The notes under the pieces: model-generated
What the model was told of the DNA's origin: nothing
Database searches by the model: none
The model's input: only the letters and a program-made list of their open reading frames with translations
Program-made: the position numbers and the translations under genes
NCBI GenBank assembly: GCA_049596335.1
Contig: JBMYLM010000005.1
Coordinates: 11,935 to 75,934 of the forward strand
Direction of reading: 5' to 3'
Source of the DNA: Neptuniibacter sp.
GTDB lineage: Bacteria > Pseudomonadota > Gammaproteobacteria > Pseudomonadales > Balneatricaceae
DNA: 64,000 nucleotides
Part shown: one piece after another, positions 52,722 through 62,596 of the stretch
Layout of the letters: each line of letters opens with the position of its first letter
How positions within the stretch are numbered: position 1 is the first letter of the stretch

Positions 52722-53039
52722 ATGAAACAACTTAAATGTATTAGTTCAGTGGAAGCTGTTGACCTGATCACCCAAGGCGCCGCTGTTGTGGATATCAGGG
52801 ACCCACAAAGCTTCTCTCAGGGACACATTGCTGACTCTTTCAATCTCAGCAATGAAAATTTGCATGATTATATCCAGCAGGCTGATTTTGAGACGCCTCT
52901 TTTAGTCTGCTGTTATCACGGCATTAGTAGCCAATCTGCCGGCCAGTTCCTGATTGAACAGGGCTTTGATGAGGTTTACAGCATCAATGGTGGCTTTGAA
53001 GCATGGCGAGTTGAACAACCAGACCATTGCAAAAAATAA
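52722..53039 (+). CDS. glpE: Single-domain rhodanese (thiosulfate sulfurtransferase GlpE-like)
   Basis: 105 aa with the active-site loop CYHGISS. Confidence 0.85.
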   Translation: MKQLKCISSVEAVDLITQGAAVVDIRDPQSFSQGHIADSFNLSNENLHDYIQQADFETPLLVCCYHGISSQSAGQFLIEQGFDEVYSINGGFEAWRVEQPDHCKK

Positions 53040-53041
53040 AC

Positions 53042-54139
53042 ATGCAGATTTACTTAGTTGGCGGAGCGGTCCGCGATCAACTTCTTAACTACCCGGTTTT
53101 CGATAAAGACTGGGTGGTAGTCGGTGCGACGGCAGAAGAGATGATCGGGCAGGGCTTTCAGCCAGTTGGGCAGGATTTTCCCGTTTTTATACATCCGGAA
53201 ACGGGTGAAGAATACGCACTGGCAAGAACAGAACGTAAATCTGGTAAGGGTTATACCGGCTTTCAGTATCATGCCAGCAAAGAAGTCACCTTAGAGGAAG
53301 ACCTCCTTCGTCGCGACCTTACTATCAATGCTATGGCTCAGGATGACGAAGGAAACATCTATGACCCTTATGGTGGCCTCAACGACCTGAATAACAAAGT
53401 CCTGAGACATGTATCCCCTGCTTTTTCAGAGGACCCGCTCAGAGTCTTACGCGTAGCGCGATTCGCAGCCCGCTATCATCATTTAGGCTTTACGGTCGCA
53501 GCAGACACCCTGAGTTTAATGCAGCAAATAGCAGCCACCGATGAACTTGAACATTTGACCGCAGAAAGGGTTTGGAAAGAACTGGAACGTGCGCTTACCG
53601 AACCATCACCGCAAGTTTTCTTTGAAATCCTGATCAAAAGCTCTGCATTGATAAAAGTCATTCCAGAGCTGGCAACTCGCATCTCCACTCAACAGCTGAC
53701 TGATTTTTCACTGGCGTGCAAAAACATCACCTCGGCAGAAGGACGTTTTGCCTGCTTACTTTGCTTATGCAAAGGCGTGGATGTGGAACTACTTTGTTCA
53801 CATCTAAAAGCGCCAAATGCTTATCGAGATCTGGCACTGCAATGTACATCACAGTCTGAGAATCTGAAAAACTTCGATTCGTTAGCTGCCGAACTCAAAC
53901 TGGCCGTTATTCAATCTCTTGATCTGATCCGACGCCCCCAACGTATCCACCCCATTATTGAATGCATACAAGCTCTATCTTCAAATTCAGCAGTAGGATC
54001 TCTACTCCCTATTCTGGATAGTATGAATAAAATAGAGCCCAAACAACTCATGCAAGAGGGTTTTAAGGGTGCCGAACTGGGAAAAGAAATTGAACGAAGG
54101 CGTTTACAGCTGTGCCAAAGCTATAGCGAAGAGGAGTAA
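53042..54139 (+). CDS. cca: CCA-adding tRNA nucleotidyltransferase (class II) with an apparently degenerate HD region
   Basis: MQIYLVGGAVRDQLL, DKDWVVVG, RRDLTINAMA and DPLRVLRVARFAAR. The segment corresponding to the E. coli HD motif reads FACLLCLCKG (no H-D). Start set at 53042. Confidence 0.9.
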   Translation: MQIYLVGGAVRDQLLNYPVFDKDWVVVGATAEEMIGQGFQPVGQDFPVFIHPETGEEYALARTERKSGKGYTGFQYHASKEVTLEEDLLRRDLTINAMAQDDEGNIYDPYGGLNDLNNKVLRHVSPAFSEDPLRVLRVARFAARYHHLGFTVAADTLSLMQQIAATDELEHLTAERVWKELERALTEPSPQVFFEILIKSSALIKVIPELATRISTQQLTDFSLACKNITSAEGRFACLLCLCKGVDVELLCSHLKAPNAYRDLALQCTSQSENLKNFDSLAAELKLAVIQSLDLIRRPQRIHPIIECIQALSSNSAVGSLLPILDSMNKIEPKQLMQEGFKGAELGKEIERRRLQLCQSYSEEE

Positions 54140-54142
54140 CTG

Positions 54143-54880
54143 ATGGAAAACACCAAAGTCGCACTCATTACCGGAGCGGTAAAACGCATTGGTGCCACCC
54201 TTTCCAGAACACTGCATGCCCAGGGCTACAACCTTATTCTGCATTATCGAAGCTCATCTGCAGATGCGGATTTATTGTTAAGCGAGCTAAATGAAATTCG
54301 CCCAGACAGTGTAATTAAGTTGCAAGCCGATCTGAATGATATGGAGGCCGTTCACAATCTGGCCAAGTCTGCCATATCACAATGGGGAGGCATTGACCTT
54401 CTGATCAACAATGCGTCATCCTTTTATCCCACCCCTATCGAAAACAGCACTCAGGAACAGTGGGATGAGTTGATCAACTCCAATTTACGCGCGCCTTATT
54501 TTCTCTGCTCAGCTTTGGCTAATACTCTTAAAGAGAACAAGGGGTGTATCATCAACATGATAGACATTCATGCTCAGAGAGGATTACCGGGTCACCCGAT
54601 CTATTCAATTGCAAAAGCAGGCCTGCAGATGATGACTCTCAGCCTGGCAAAGGAACTGGCACCCTCCGTAAGAGTGAATGGCGTTTCACCAGGCCCAATT
54701 CTTTGGCCCGCAGCCGATCTGTCTGAAGATCAAAAACAAACCATTCTCAACCAGACCCTGCTGAACAGAACTGGCAGCCCTGATGATCTTGCTGAAGCCG
54801 TGCTTTACCTGAGCAAAGCACCTTTTGTTACCGGCCAGATACTATCGGTGGATGGCGGCAAATCACTTTACAGCCATTAA
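54143..54880 (+). CDS. folM: Pteridine/dihydromonapterin reductase-like SDR (FolM/PTR1 type)
   Basis: TGAVKRIG (TGxxxRIG variant of the SDR Gly motif), YSIAK catalytic pair, next to folK-folB. The symbol rests on motif plus context, not on a search. Confidence 0.7.
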   Translation: MENTKVALITGAVKRIGATLSRTLHAQGYNLILHYRSSSADADLLLSELNEIRPDSVIKLQADLNDMEAVHNLAKSAISQWGGIDLLINNASSFYPTPIENSTQEQWDELINSNLRAPYFLCSALANTLKENKGCIINMIDIHAQRGLPGHPIYSIAKAGLQMMTLSLAKELAPSVRVNGVSPGPILWPAADLSEDQKQTILNQTLLNRTGSPDDLAEAVLYLSKAPFVTGQILSVDGGKSLYSH

Positions 54881-54890
54881 GCTCATAGAA

Positions 54891-55406
54891 TCAGACGTCT
54901 GCCGGCAAAGAGTGGCCTTGCCAGATGTATTCAACGCTCCAGAGTTGCTGGGAGTCTTTTTCGTAATCAGCCCACAGCTGCTCGTAACTGATTAATGAAA
55001 CCGGATGCTGGTCCTGCCCGGCAATTTCAGCCAATGGCCACAAGACAAAGGCATTCTTGGTAATCTCATCCCTCGGAAGCTGAACTCCGTCATGATCACC
55101 CGTCAATTGATCATATGTAAGGATATCGATATCCAGCGTACGCCCGCTGAATCTTGGACCTTTACGGCAGCGATCATTCTGATCTTCAATATTTTTCAGT
55201 AATGCAGAAAGCTCACCTACTGAAAGTTCCGTTTCAAAACCTGCAACTAAGTTATAAAAATTATCCCCAGTGAAACCAACAGCTTCACTCTCGTAGACAG
55301 AGGAGATAACCAGATGACCAAAGTTTGTCTGCAGACTGGTTAATGCGTTATTGATGTAAACATCGCGATCTATATTGCTACCGATACTGACATACACCTT
55401 CGCCAT
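54891..55406 (-). CDS. folK: 2-amino-4-hydroxy-6-hydroxymethyldihydropteridine diphosphokinase
   Basis: 171 aa with YVSIGSNI, GPRTLDIDIL-like (GRTLDIDIL) and WPLAEI. Confidence 0.93.
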   Translation of the reverse strand: MAKVYVSIGSNIDRDVYINNALTSLQTNFGHLVISSVYESEAVGFTGDNFYNLVAGFETELSVGELSALLKNIEDQNDRCRKGPRFSGRTLDIDILTYDQLTGDHDGVQLPRDEITKNAFVLWPLAEIAGQDQHPVSLISYEQLWADYEKDSQQLWSVEYIWQGHSLPADV

Positions 55407-55762
55407 CAGAAGCGTTCTCCACGTTCAATAATCACACCTACATCTTCGGCCTGAGGTACCGCGCCCGGTTTACCTAAGCGCAAACGCAACCATTTAACCC
55501 CAAACTCTTCGCGCACCAACTGTGCAATCTCTTCAGCCATAGTCTCAACCAGCTGAAATTCACTCTGACCTATAAAGTCAATTAAACGGTCAGACACCGA
55601 TTTATAGTTTAGAGTTTTGTTCACATCTTCAGTCTGAGCGGCGGAAATAATATCGAGACCCATTTCCAGATCCAGATTAACAACCTGACGAATTTCTCGC
55701 TCCCAGTCATAGATACCTATAACCGTTTCAACCTCTAAGCCGCGAATGTAAACTAAGTCCAT
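55406..55762 (-). CDS. folB: Dihydroneopterin aldolase
   Basis: 118 aa with IRGLEVETVIGIYDWER and LNYKSVSDR. Coupled to folK. Confidence 0.92.
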   Translation of the reverse strand: MDLVYIRGLEVETVIGIYDWEREIRQVVNLDLEMGLDIISAAQTEDVNKTLNYKSVSDRLIDFIGQSEFQLVETMAEEIAQLVREEFGVKWLRLRLGKPGAVPQAEDVGVIIERGERF

Positions 55763-55799
55763 AATAGGAACCTGTAATAATTTATTTATACTATTTCAA

Positions 55800-56387
55800 A
55801 TGACAGAATCAATCGCTGTGACATTTGGCTTAACCTGCCTTGCTTACCTTTGGGGATCAATCCCCACGGCAGTGATTGTCTGTCGGGTTCTGGGTTTGCC
55901 GGACCCACGCAGTAGAGGATCAGGCAACCCAGGAACAACTAATGTATTGCGCATAGGCACACGGCAGGCCGCTTTTTATACTCTACTGGGCGATTTCAGC
56001 AAAGGTTACTTTGCAGTTTTACCCTGCCTGACGTTAGAGCTTTCATACCAGTTGCATTCATTCTGTGCGCTGGCCGCCATTTTGGGCCACCTATTTCCAG
56101 TATTCACCTCATTCAGAGGCGGAAAAGGCGTCGCAACAACTCTGGGGGCCTGCCTCGCTCTATTCTGGCCTTTAGCCCTGTTTCAAATTGGTTGCTGGTG
56201 TTTAATCGCCATGGCAAAAAAAACATCATCACTCGCCTCGGTGAGTACAGCTCTGCTAAGTCCGTTTTTTGTATGGCATACCGCTCCAGAATACCTGGCA
56301 ACACTTTGGGTACTTGCCGCAATACTGGTATTCAGTCATCGGCAAAACATCCGAAATATTCTGGATGGGAGAGAACCACGCCTCTAA
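55800..56387 (+). CDS. plsY: Glycerol-3-phosphate acyltransferase PlsY
   Basis: 195 aa membrane protein with GSGNPGTTNVLR and FRGGKGVAT. Confidence 0.95.
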   Translation: MTESIAVTFGLTCLAYLWGSIPTAVIVCRVLGLPDPRSRGSGNPGTTNVLRIGTRQAAFYTLLGDFSKGYFAVLPCLTLELSYQLHSFCALAAILGHLFPVFTSFRGGKGVATTLGACLALFWPLALFQIGCWCLIAMAKKTSSLASVSTALLSPFFVWHTAPEYLATLWVLAAILVFSHRQNIRNILDGREPRL

Positions 56388-56403
56388 TGCCTGAAATCAC
56401 CGG

Positions 56404-57432
56404 CTATAAAGGCTCTAGTGTATCCAATGGCCAACGTGGTTTTGTCACGATAGTCAGATCACTTTGTTGCCCTGCAACCAATCGCTGACACCCAGCAAAC
56501 GCAATCATCGCTCCATTGTCAGTACAGAATTCCGGGCGAGCATAAAAGAGTTGAGCCCGCTCTTTATTCACCATAACTTCAAGTCGTTCCCGTAAGCGCT
56601 GATTTGCACTAACCCCACCGGCAATGATCAACTGCTTGAAGCCTGTATGCTGGAGCGCACGTCGACACTTAATCGCCAATGTATCAACCACGGCCTCTTC
56701 AAACGCTGCAGCAATGTCACAGATAGTTTGGTGATCCAGATTTCCATCTTCATCGCGGTGTTGGTTTGCGGTATTCAAAGTAAAGGTTTTCAAACCAGAG
56801 AAGCTGAAGTCCATACCAGGACGATCAATCATCGGGCGCGGGAAGGTGAAGCGAGAACGATCCCCTTGCTGAGCATGCTTAGCGATCAACGGACCACCTG
56901 GATAATCCAGACCCATCATTTTAGCGGCTTTATCAAACGCCTCCCCTGCTGCATCGTCGAGAGATTCTCCCAACAATTCATACTCACCAATACCATCAAC
57001 CCGAACCAGTTGCGTATGCCCACCTGAAACCAGCAATGCAACAAAAGGAAATTCTGGAGGGTTTTCTTCTAACATAGGTGCTAAAAGATGCCCTTCCATA
57101 TGGTGAACACCAATTGCCGGAAGCCCCCAGGCCATTGCCATAGCACGACCGGTAGATGCTCCTACCATTAGCGCCCCGATCAGTCCTGGGCCGGAAGTAT
57201 AGGCAACCGCATCAATATCGCCTTTAGTTAGCTCAGCTTCAGCGAAGACTTCGTCAATCAGCGGCAACAACTTACGCACATGATCCCTGGATGCTAACTC
57301 CGGAACCACACCACCATATTCTGCGTGCATTTTTACCTGACTGTATAAGGCATCACCCAACAGACCTTTTTCACTGTCATAGATAGCAACACCTGTTTCA
57401 TCACAGGAGGTTTCAATTCCTAATACACGCAT
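56404..57432 (-). CDS. tsaD: tRNA N6-adenosine threonylcarbamoyltransferase TsaD
   Basis: [25 protein letters not shown] and GGVSAN. Divergent from rpsU. Confidence 0.97.
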   Translation of the reverse strand: MRVLGIETSCDETGVAIYDSEKGLLGDALYSQVKMHAEYGGVVPELASRDHVRKLLPLIDEVFAEAELTKGDIDAVAYTSGPGLIGALMVGASTGRAMAMAWGLPAIGVHHMEGHLLAPMLEENPPEFPFVALLVSGGHTQLVRVDGIGEYELLGESLDDAAGEAFDKAAKMMGLDYPGGPLIAKHAQQGDRSRFTFPRPMIDRPGMDFSFSGLKTFTLNTANQHRDEDGNLDHQTICDIAAAFEEAVVDTLAIKCRRALQHTGFKQLIIAGGVSANQRLRERLEVMVNKERAQLFYARPEFCTDNGAMIAFAGCQRLVAGQQSDLTIVTKPRWPLDTLEPL

Positions 57433-57632
57433 GGCTCACTCACATACTCTAAGTTTGGCGGCATTATACCTATCAGCGACAAGATCCGCACAGAAATTAG
57501 CGTTATCCGTTAATCTTTACTTTACTTGAAATCACTAAACGAATAGAATTTTGCGCCTTGCAATAATTCCGTCTGATTTATTGTAAGTTTTTAATCTGGT
57601 TTAACTAAACAATTTATAGGGTTTGTTCAAAC

Positions 57633-57848
57633 ATGCCAGCTGTAAAAGTTAAAGAAAACGAGCCATTTGATGTAGCTCTGCGTCGTTTCAAACGTTCTTG
57701 CGAAAAAGCAGGTATCCTGGCTGAAGTTCGTCGTCGTGAATTCTACGAGAAGCCAACTTCTGTTCGTAAGCGCAAAGCTGCTGCTGCAGTGAAGCGTCAC
57801 GCTAAAAAAGTATCTCGCGAAAACGCTCGCCGCGTTCGCCTGTACTAA
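57633..57848 (+). CDS. rpsU: 30S ribosomal protein S21
   Basis: [42 protein letters not shown]... Confidence 0.98.
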   Translation: MPAVKVKENEPFDVALRRFKRSCEKAGILAEVRRREFYEKPTSVRKRKAAAAVKRHAKKVSRENARRVRLY

Positions 57849-57893
57849 GATACGAGATTTCAAGATCCCATCCGGATAATCAGAGGCCTTAAG

Positions 57894-58343
57894 ATGTCAG
57901 AGCTAAAGCAGCAAATTACTTCAGAAATGAAAGCTGCAATGCGCGCTAAAGAAAAAGAGCGCCTGACAACTATTCGCATGATCCTGGCCGAACTCAAGCG
58001 CATCGAAGTAGATGAGCGCATTGAGCTGGATGACACCAGAGTACTGGCGGTGCTGGATAAAATGTCCAAGCAGCGCCGTGACTCAATCTCACAATTTGAA
58101 GAAGCGGCACGGATGGATCTTGCTGATGCTGAGCGACGGGAGTTGGAGGTGATTAAAACTTTCCTGCCGCAACCGCTAACTGAAGAGGAAATTGCAGACC
58201 TCATTAAACAAGCTGCTGAGCAATCTGGCGCACAATCCATGCAAGACATGGGTAAAATCATGGGCATCCTGAAACCTCAGGTTCAAGGCCGCGCCGACAT
58301 GGGAATCATTTCCAAACTCGTCAAAGCACAACTATCCGGTTAA
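57894..58343 (+). CDS. yqeY: GatB/YqeY-domain protein
   Basis: 149 aa with MKAAMRAKEKERL and the C-terminal GKIMGILKPQVQGRADMG. Lies between rpsU and dnaG as in Pseudomonas-type operons. Confidence 0.88.
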   Translation: MSELKQQITSEMKAAMRAKEKERLTTIRMILAELKRIEVDERIELDDTRVLAVLDKMSKQRRDSISQFEEAARMDLADAERRELEVIKTFLPQPLTEEEIADLIKQAAEQSGAQSMQDMGKIMGILKPQVQGRADMGIISKLVKAQLSG

Positions 58344-58375
58344 ACTGCCGCTGAAGACAATCAGCAGCAAAGCAC

Positions 58376-60304
58376 ATGGCCGGCAGAATCCCGCAGCACT
58401 TTATTGATGACTTACTGGCACGCGTCAACATTATTGACGTGCTGGATGGCCGCGTCCAAAAGCTGAAGCGAACCGGCAAGAACTACTCCGGACTTTGTCC
58501 TTTCCATAAAGAGAAAACACCTTCCTTTACCGCAAACCAGGAAAAGCAATTTTATTACTGCTTTGGCTGCGGCGCTGGCGGCAACGCTCTCGGCTTTGTA
58601 ATGGACTACGAAAACCTCAGTTTCCCCGAAGCCGTCGAAGAGCTGGCAAAAATCGCTGGCATGGAAGTCCCCAGAGAAGACTCTCCTCAGCAGCGCGAAA
58701 AAGATCTTCAGCTCAAAAAAATCTACGACCTACTGAATCAAGCCAGCCAATTTTATGAAGCTCAACTACGAGATCATGAGAATCGGTCTGACGCGGTAAA
58801 TTACCTCAAATCCCGTGGTCTTACAGGACAAGCAGCTAAAGCTTTTAATATTGGTTTCGCCCCTTCGGGCTGGGATAACCTGATCAATCTGTTGAGCAAA
58901 AACGAGCAGGATTTAAAACTGCTCGAAGAAGCCGGCATGGTTATCCACAATGAAGAACGTAACAGCCACTACGACCGTTTCCGTAACCGCATTATGTTTC
59001 CGATCCGCGATCAACGCGGCAGAGTTATCGCATTTGGCGGACGAGTCTTAGGTGACGACAAACCTAAATACCTTAACTCACCGGAAACACCGACATTCCA
59101 TAAGAGCCGTGAACTTTATGGCTTATATGAAGCACGCAAACACAACAGCAACCTTGAGCGATTAATTATTGTTGAAGGTTATATGGATGTAGTCGGTCTG
59201 GCTCAATATGACATTCATTATGCAGTGGCTACGCTCGGCACGGCAACAACCGCGCAACATCTTGAGCGCCTCTTTAAAATGGTGCCTGAAGTAATATTCT
59301 GTTTTGATGGCGACAATGCCGGGCGCGAAGCAGCATTACGCGCACTTAAAACCACTCTACCCGTCATAGAAGATGGCAAAGAGGCGCGCTTCCTATTCCT
59401 GCCAGAAGGTGAAGATCCAGACAGCCTGGTACGTAAAGAAGGAAAATCCGATTTCAGTGAACGTCTGGATAACGCACTACCGCTTTCTGAATTTTTCTTC
59501 AAAAGCTACTCAGAGAATGCCGATTTAAACAGCATGGATGGCCGAGCGCGCTTCAGCACGGAAGTTTTACCTGCAATTAATTCCATGAAGCCAAGCCTGC
59601 TGCAGCAGATGATGCTTGATAGAATTTGCGAACTGACCAACCTCTCTCTGGAACAGATACAGACAACCGTTAATTTTCATCAAGCCGTCACCAGCCCAGA
59701 AGAGCACAGATCTCACAATTCAAGCCAGCCAGACACTGCTCCTGTTGACGACCAATACGCCAGCTACCAGGATTACGACTCTTATCCCGACGACTACTCG
59801 GAACAGTATCAAGAGTTACCTCGCAAAAGCTCAACACCATGGAAAGCCAGCAACAACGCTAAAACCCCAAATACGGAATACTCTTTTGCAGAAAAAATCA
59901 CCGCCTTACTGCTCCACTATCCGCAGTTAGCGGGCGAGTTCGACATGCCTAGCGGTTTAGAACAAACTACCGAAGCTGGGATACAACTACTCTTGCAATT
60001 AGTGTCTTATTATAAGAACTCCCCCCAAGCAACATTAGGCCAGCTTGCTGTAGACTGGAGAGAAGACCCAGAGCTATCGGCTACCATAATCCAGCTGTAC
60101 GAGATTTCCACATCCCTGGAAATTCACTCGGAAACGGACGCCCGGAACTATTTGAACGATGCCCAGAATGGTTTGCAGGAAAAAGCCCTGACATCTGAAA
60201 TCTCCATACTTCAGAAAAAACCGCAACTGGATTCAGAAGACAAATTAAAGCTGGTCCAGAAAATCCAACAACTGCATCAGCTCAGACAAGCAAAAAAGAA
60301 ATAA
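58376..60304 (+). CDS. dnaG: DNA primase
   Basis: Zn-ribbon (CPFHKEKTPSF...CFGCGAGG), the TOPRIM domain (EGYMDV, DGDNAG) and a C-terminal DnaB-binding domain. Confidence 0.97.
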   Translation: MAGRIPQHFIDDLLARVNIIDVLDGRVQKLKRTGKNYSGLCPFHKEKTPSFTANQEKQFYYCFGCGAGGNALGFVMDYENLSFPEAVEELAKIAGMEVPREDSPQQREKDLQLKKIYDLLNQASQFYEAQLRDHENRSDAVNYLKSRGLTGQAAKAFNIGFAPSGWDNLINLLSKNEQDLKLLEEAGMVIHNEERNSHYDRFRNRIMFPIRDQRGRVIAFGGRVLGDDKPKYLNSPETPTFHKSRELYGLYEARKHNSNLERLIIVEGYMDVVGLAQYDIHYAVATLGTATTAQHLERLFKMVPEVIFCFDGDNAGREAALRALKTTLPVIEDGKEARFLFLPEGEDPDSLVRKEGKSDFSERLDNALPLSEFFFKSYSENADLNSMDGRARFSTEVLPAINSMKPSLLQQMMLDRICELTNLSLEQIQTTVNFHQAVTSPEEHRSHNSSQPDTAPVDDQYASYQDYDSYPDDYSEQYQELPRKSSTPWKASNNAKTPNTEYSFAEKITALLLHYPQLAGEFDMPSGLEQTTEAGIQLLLQLVSYYKNSPQATLGQLAVDWREDPELSATIIQLYEISTSLEIHSETDARNYLNDAQNGLQEKALTSEISILQKKPQLDSEDKLKLVQKIQQLHQLRQAKKK

Positions 60305-60435
60305 TCCTTACTCCAAACATTGAAATACTCCCCTTAAACCCAATATATGGCTTAGAGATAACTTTTTCCGGCAACTACCTGAAAAACAGTCTATTTTTAA
60401 TTAGTAACAATCAACTTCCAGCTGGCTCTTTTAAC

Positions 60436-60464
60436 TAGTAAAACCTTAGCTTCGCCGCTATAAT
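60436..60464 (+). promoter_or_regulatory. Putative internal promoter for rpoD
   Basis: TAGTAA (weak -35), 17 nt, TATAAT (60459-60464), 45 nt upstream of the rpoD ATG. Sequence match only. Confidence 0.35.
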
Positions 60465-60508
60465 GGCCTGCTCGAATTTTCATCCATTTTTCATCAAGTC
60501 ACAGTTCT

Positions 60509-62329
60509 ATGTCCGATACTTCTCAGCAACAGCAGTCTCGCCTTAAAGAATTGATCGCCCGTGGTAAAGAGCAAGGTTACTTAACCTACTCTGAGGTTAA
60601 CGACCATCTGCCACAAGATATAGCCGATCCAGATCAGGTAGAAGATATCATCCGCATGATCAATGACATGGGCATCTCCGTGTCAGAAGAAGCTCCGGAT
60701 GCAGAAACTCTTCTGATGACAGAAGGCGATTCAGCAGAAGAAGCTGATGAAGAAGCTGTAGCGGCACTGGCCGCTGTAGAATCTGATGCCGGCCGCACCA
60801 CTGACCCAGTTCGCATGTATATGCGTGAAATGGGTACAGTAGAACTGCTTACCCGCGAAGGTGAGATCAGCATCGCCAAGCGTATTGAAGAAGGCCTGCG
60901 TGAAGTGATGTCCGCAGTCGCTTGCTTCCCTGGCACTGTTGATACAATCCTTACCGCTTACGATGCAACCCTTGAAGAAGAAGGCCGCCTGAGCGACATC
61001 TTCAGCGGTTACATTGACCCTGATGACGACGACACAATTCCTGCAGCCGCTCCTGCAGTTACAGATGAAGACCTCGATGATGACGAGGATGATGAAGAAG
61101 ATGAAAAGGATAAAGGCCCAGATCCGGAAGAAGCAGCAGAACGCTTCGGCCTTGTTCGCGACAATCTGAATGCACTGAATGCAGTCATCGAAAAGCACGG
61201 TCGTGACAGCAAACAGTATGGTGAAGCACAAGCAGCCCTGGGCGAAGCCTTCGCCCCAATCAAGCTGTCTCCGAGATACTACGAAGCACTGGTTAACAAT
61301 ATTCGCAGTAATATTGCACACATCCGTGAGCAAGAACGCACAATCATGCGTATTTGTACACAACGTGCAAAAATGCCACGTAAAACGTTTATCAAAGAAT
61401 TCCCAGGTAACGAAACTAACCCTGAGTGGTTTGCTTCCGTTATCGAGTCTGGCGCGGACTATTCAAGAGCCATCAAAACCAATTTGATTGAACTGAAACG
61501 CGCACAGAAGAAACTGATTCTTGCTGAAGTAGAAACAGGCATCAGCCTGGCCGAAATCAAAGAAGTTAACCGTCGCATGTCGATCGGTGAAGCTCGAGCA
61601 CGCCGCGCTAAGAAAGAGATGGTTGAAGCCAACTTGCGTTTGGTTATCTCAATCGCGAAGAAATACACCAACCGCGGCCTGCAATTCCTGGATCTGATCC
61701 AGGAAGGTAACATCGGTCTGATGAAAGCAGTAGATAAATTTGAATACCGCCGCGGCTACAAGTTCTCTACTTATGCCACCTGGTGGATTCGCCAGGCGAT
61801 CACTCGTTCTATTGCCGACCAGGCACGCACAATCCGTATCCCAGTACACATGATTGAGACAATCAATAAACTGAACCGCATCTCCCGCCAGATGCTTCAG
61901 GAAATGGGACGCGAGGCTACACCTGAAGAACTGGCAGAACGCATGGAAATGCCAGAAGACAAAGTACGCAAAGTCCTGAAAATTGCTAAAGAGCCAATCT
62001 CCATGGAAACACCTATAGGTGATGATGAAGATTCAAGCCTGGGCGATTTCATTGAAGATACAACAATATCTTCACCTGTAGACTCCGCAACCGGAGAAGG
62101 CCTGAGAGAAGCAACCAAGGAAGTACTTGCTGGACTCACAGCTCGTGAATCCAAGGTACTTCGCATGCGCTTCGGCATTGAGATGAATACTGACCACACT
62201 CTGGAAGAGGTTGGTAAGCAGTTTGACGTTACCCGAGAGCGTATTCGTCAGATCGAAGCAAAAGCCCTGCGCAAACTTCGCCACCCAAGTCGCTCAGAAC
62301 ATCTTCGCGGCTTCCTCGACGAACAGTAA
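60509..62329 (+). CDS. rpoD: RNA polymerase sigma factor RpoD (sigma-70)
   Basis: 606 aa with region 1.1, an acidic non-conserved region, 2.4 ([12 protein letters not shown]) and 4.2 ([28 protein letters not shown]). Confidence 0.98.
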   Translation: MSDTSQQQQSRLKELIARGKEQGYLTYSEVNDHLPQDIADPDQVEDIIRMINDMGISVSEEAPDAETLLMTEGDSAEEADEEAVAALAAVESDAGRTTDPVRMYMREMGTVELLTREGEISIAKRIEEGLREVMSAVACFPGTVDTILTAYDATLEEEGRLSDIFSGYIDPDDDDTIPAAAPAVTDEDLDDDEDDEEDEKDKGPDPEEAAERFGLVRDNLNALNAVIEKHGRDSKQYGEAQAALGEAFAPIKLSPRYYEALVNNIRSNIAHIREQERTIMRICTQRAKMPRKTFIKEFPGNETNPEWFASVIESGADYSRAIKTNLIELKRAQKKLILAEVETGISLAEIKEVNRRMSIGEARARRAKKEMVEANLRLVISIAKKYTNRGLQFLDLIQEGNIGLMKAVDKFEYRRGYKFSTYATWWIRQAITRSIADQARTIRIPVHMIETINKLNRISRQMLQEMGREATPEELAERMEMPEDKVRKVLKIAKEPISMETPIGDDEDSSLGDFIEDTTISSPVDSATGEGLREATKEVLAGLTARESKVLRMRFGIEMNTDHTLEEVGKQFDVTRERIRQIEAKALRKLRHPSRSEHLRGFLDEQ

Positions 62330-62353
62330 ATTCTTTCAAATCAAAATCTTGTA

Positions 62354-62380
62354 CCCATGATACCATCCCGGTATCATGGG
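62354..62380 (+). terminator. Strong hairpin between rpoD and the tRNA (attenuating terminator or processing site)
   Basis: CCCATGATACC-atccc-GGTATCATGGG, an 11-bp perfect stem. Only a short, displaced T-run follows, so termination may be partial. Confidence 0.4.
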
Positions 62381-62395
62381 CATCCTCAATTTTGG

Positions 62396-62472
62396 GGGCC
62401 TTTAGCTCAGTTGGTTAGAGCATCCGACTCATAATCGGCAGGTCCTGGGTTCGAGTCCCGGAAGGCCCACCA
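62396..62472 (+). tRNA. ileX: tRNA with a CAU anticodon, most likely tRNA-Ile2 (lysidine-modified, ileX-like) rather than elongator Met
   Basis: I folded a 77-nt cloverleaf by hand: acceptor GGGCCTT/AAGGCCC, D-arm GCTC-AGTTGGTTA-GAGC, anticodon loop CTCATAA, T-arm CTGGG-TTCGAGT-CCCGG, and an encoded CCA. The C4:G69 and C5:G68 pairs and the location just after rpoD match E. coli ileX. Confidence 0.8.
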
Positions 62473-62596
62473 TTTCATTAATTTTTTATCTAACTTTTCA
62501 GATTCGCTGCACTTCCGCGCAACCTTCGCCATTGGTTTGATGCCGATAAGCTTATATACTTCACCTGCAAGCTTGATCATACCCACAAGGAAAGCG

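Noticed and set aside
56216-56223. An A8 run inside plsY, considered as a second potential slippage site.
   Set aside because: The reading frame is intact across it (MAKKTSS), and A/T runs of this length within Lys codons are common. There is no evidence of frame disruption.
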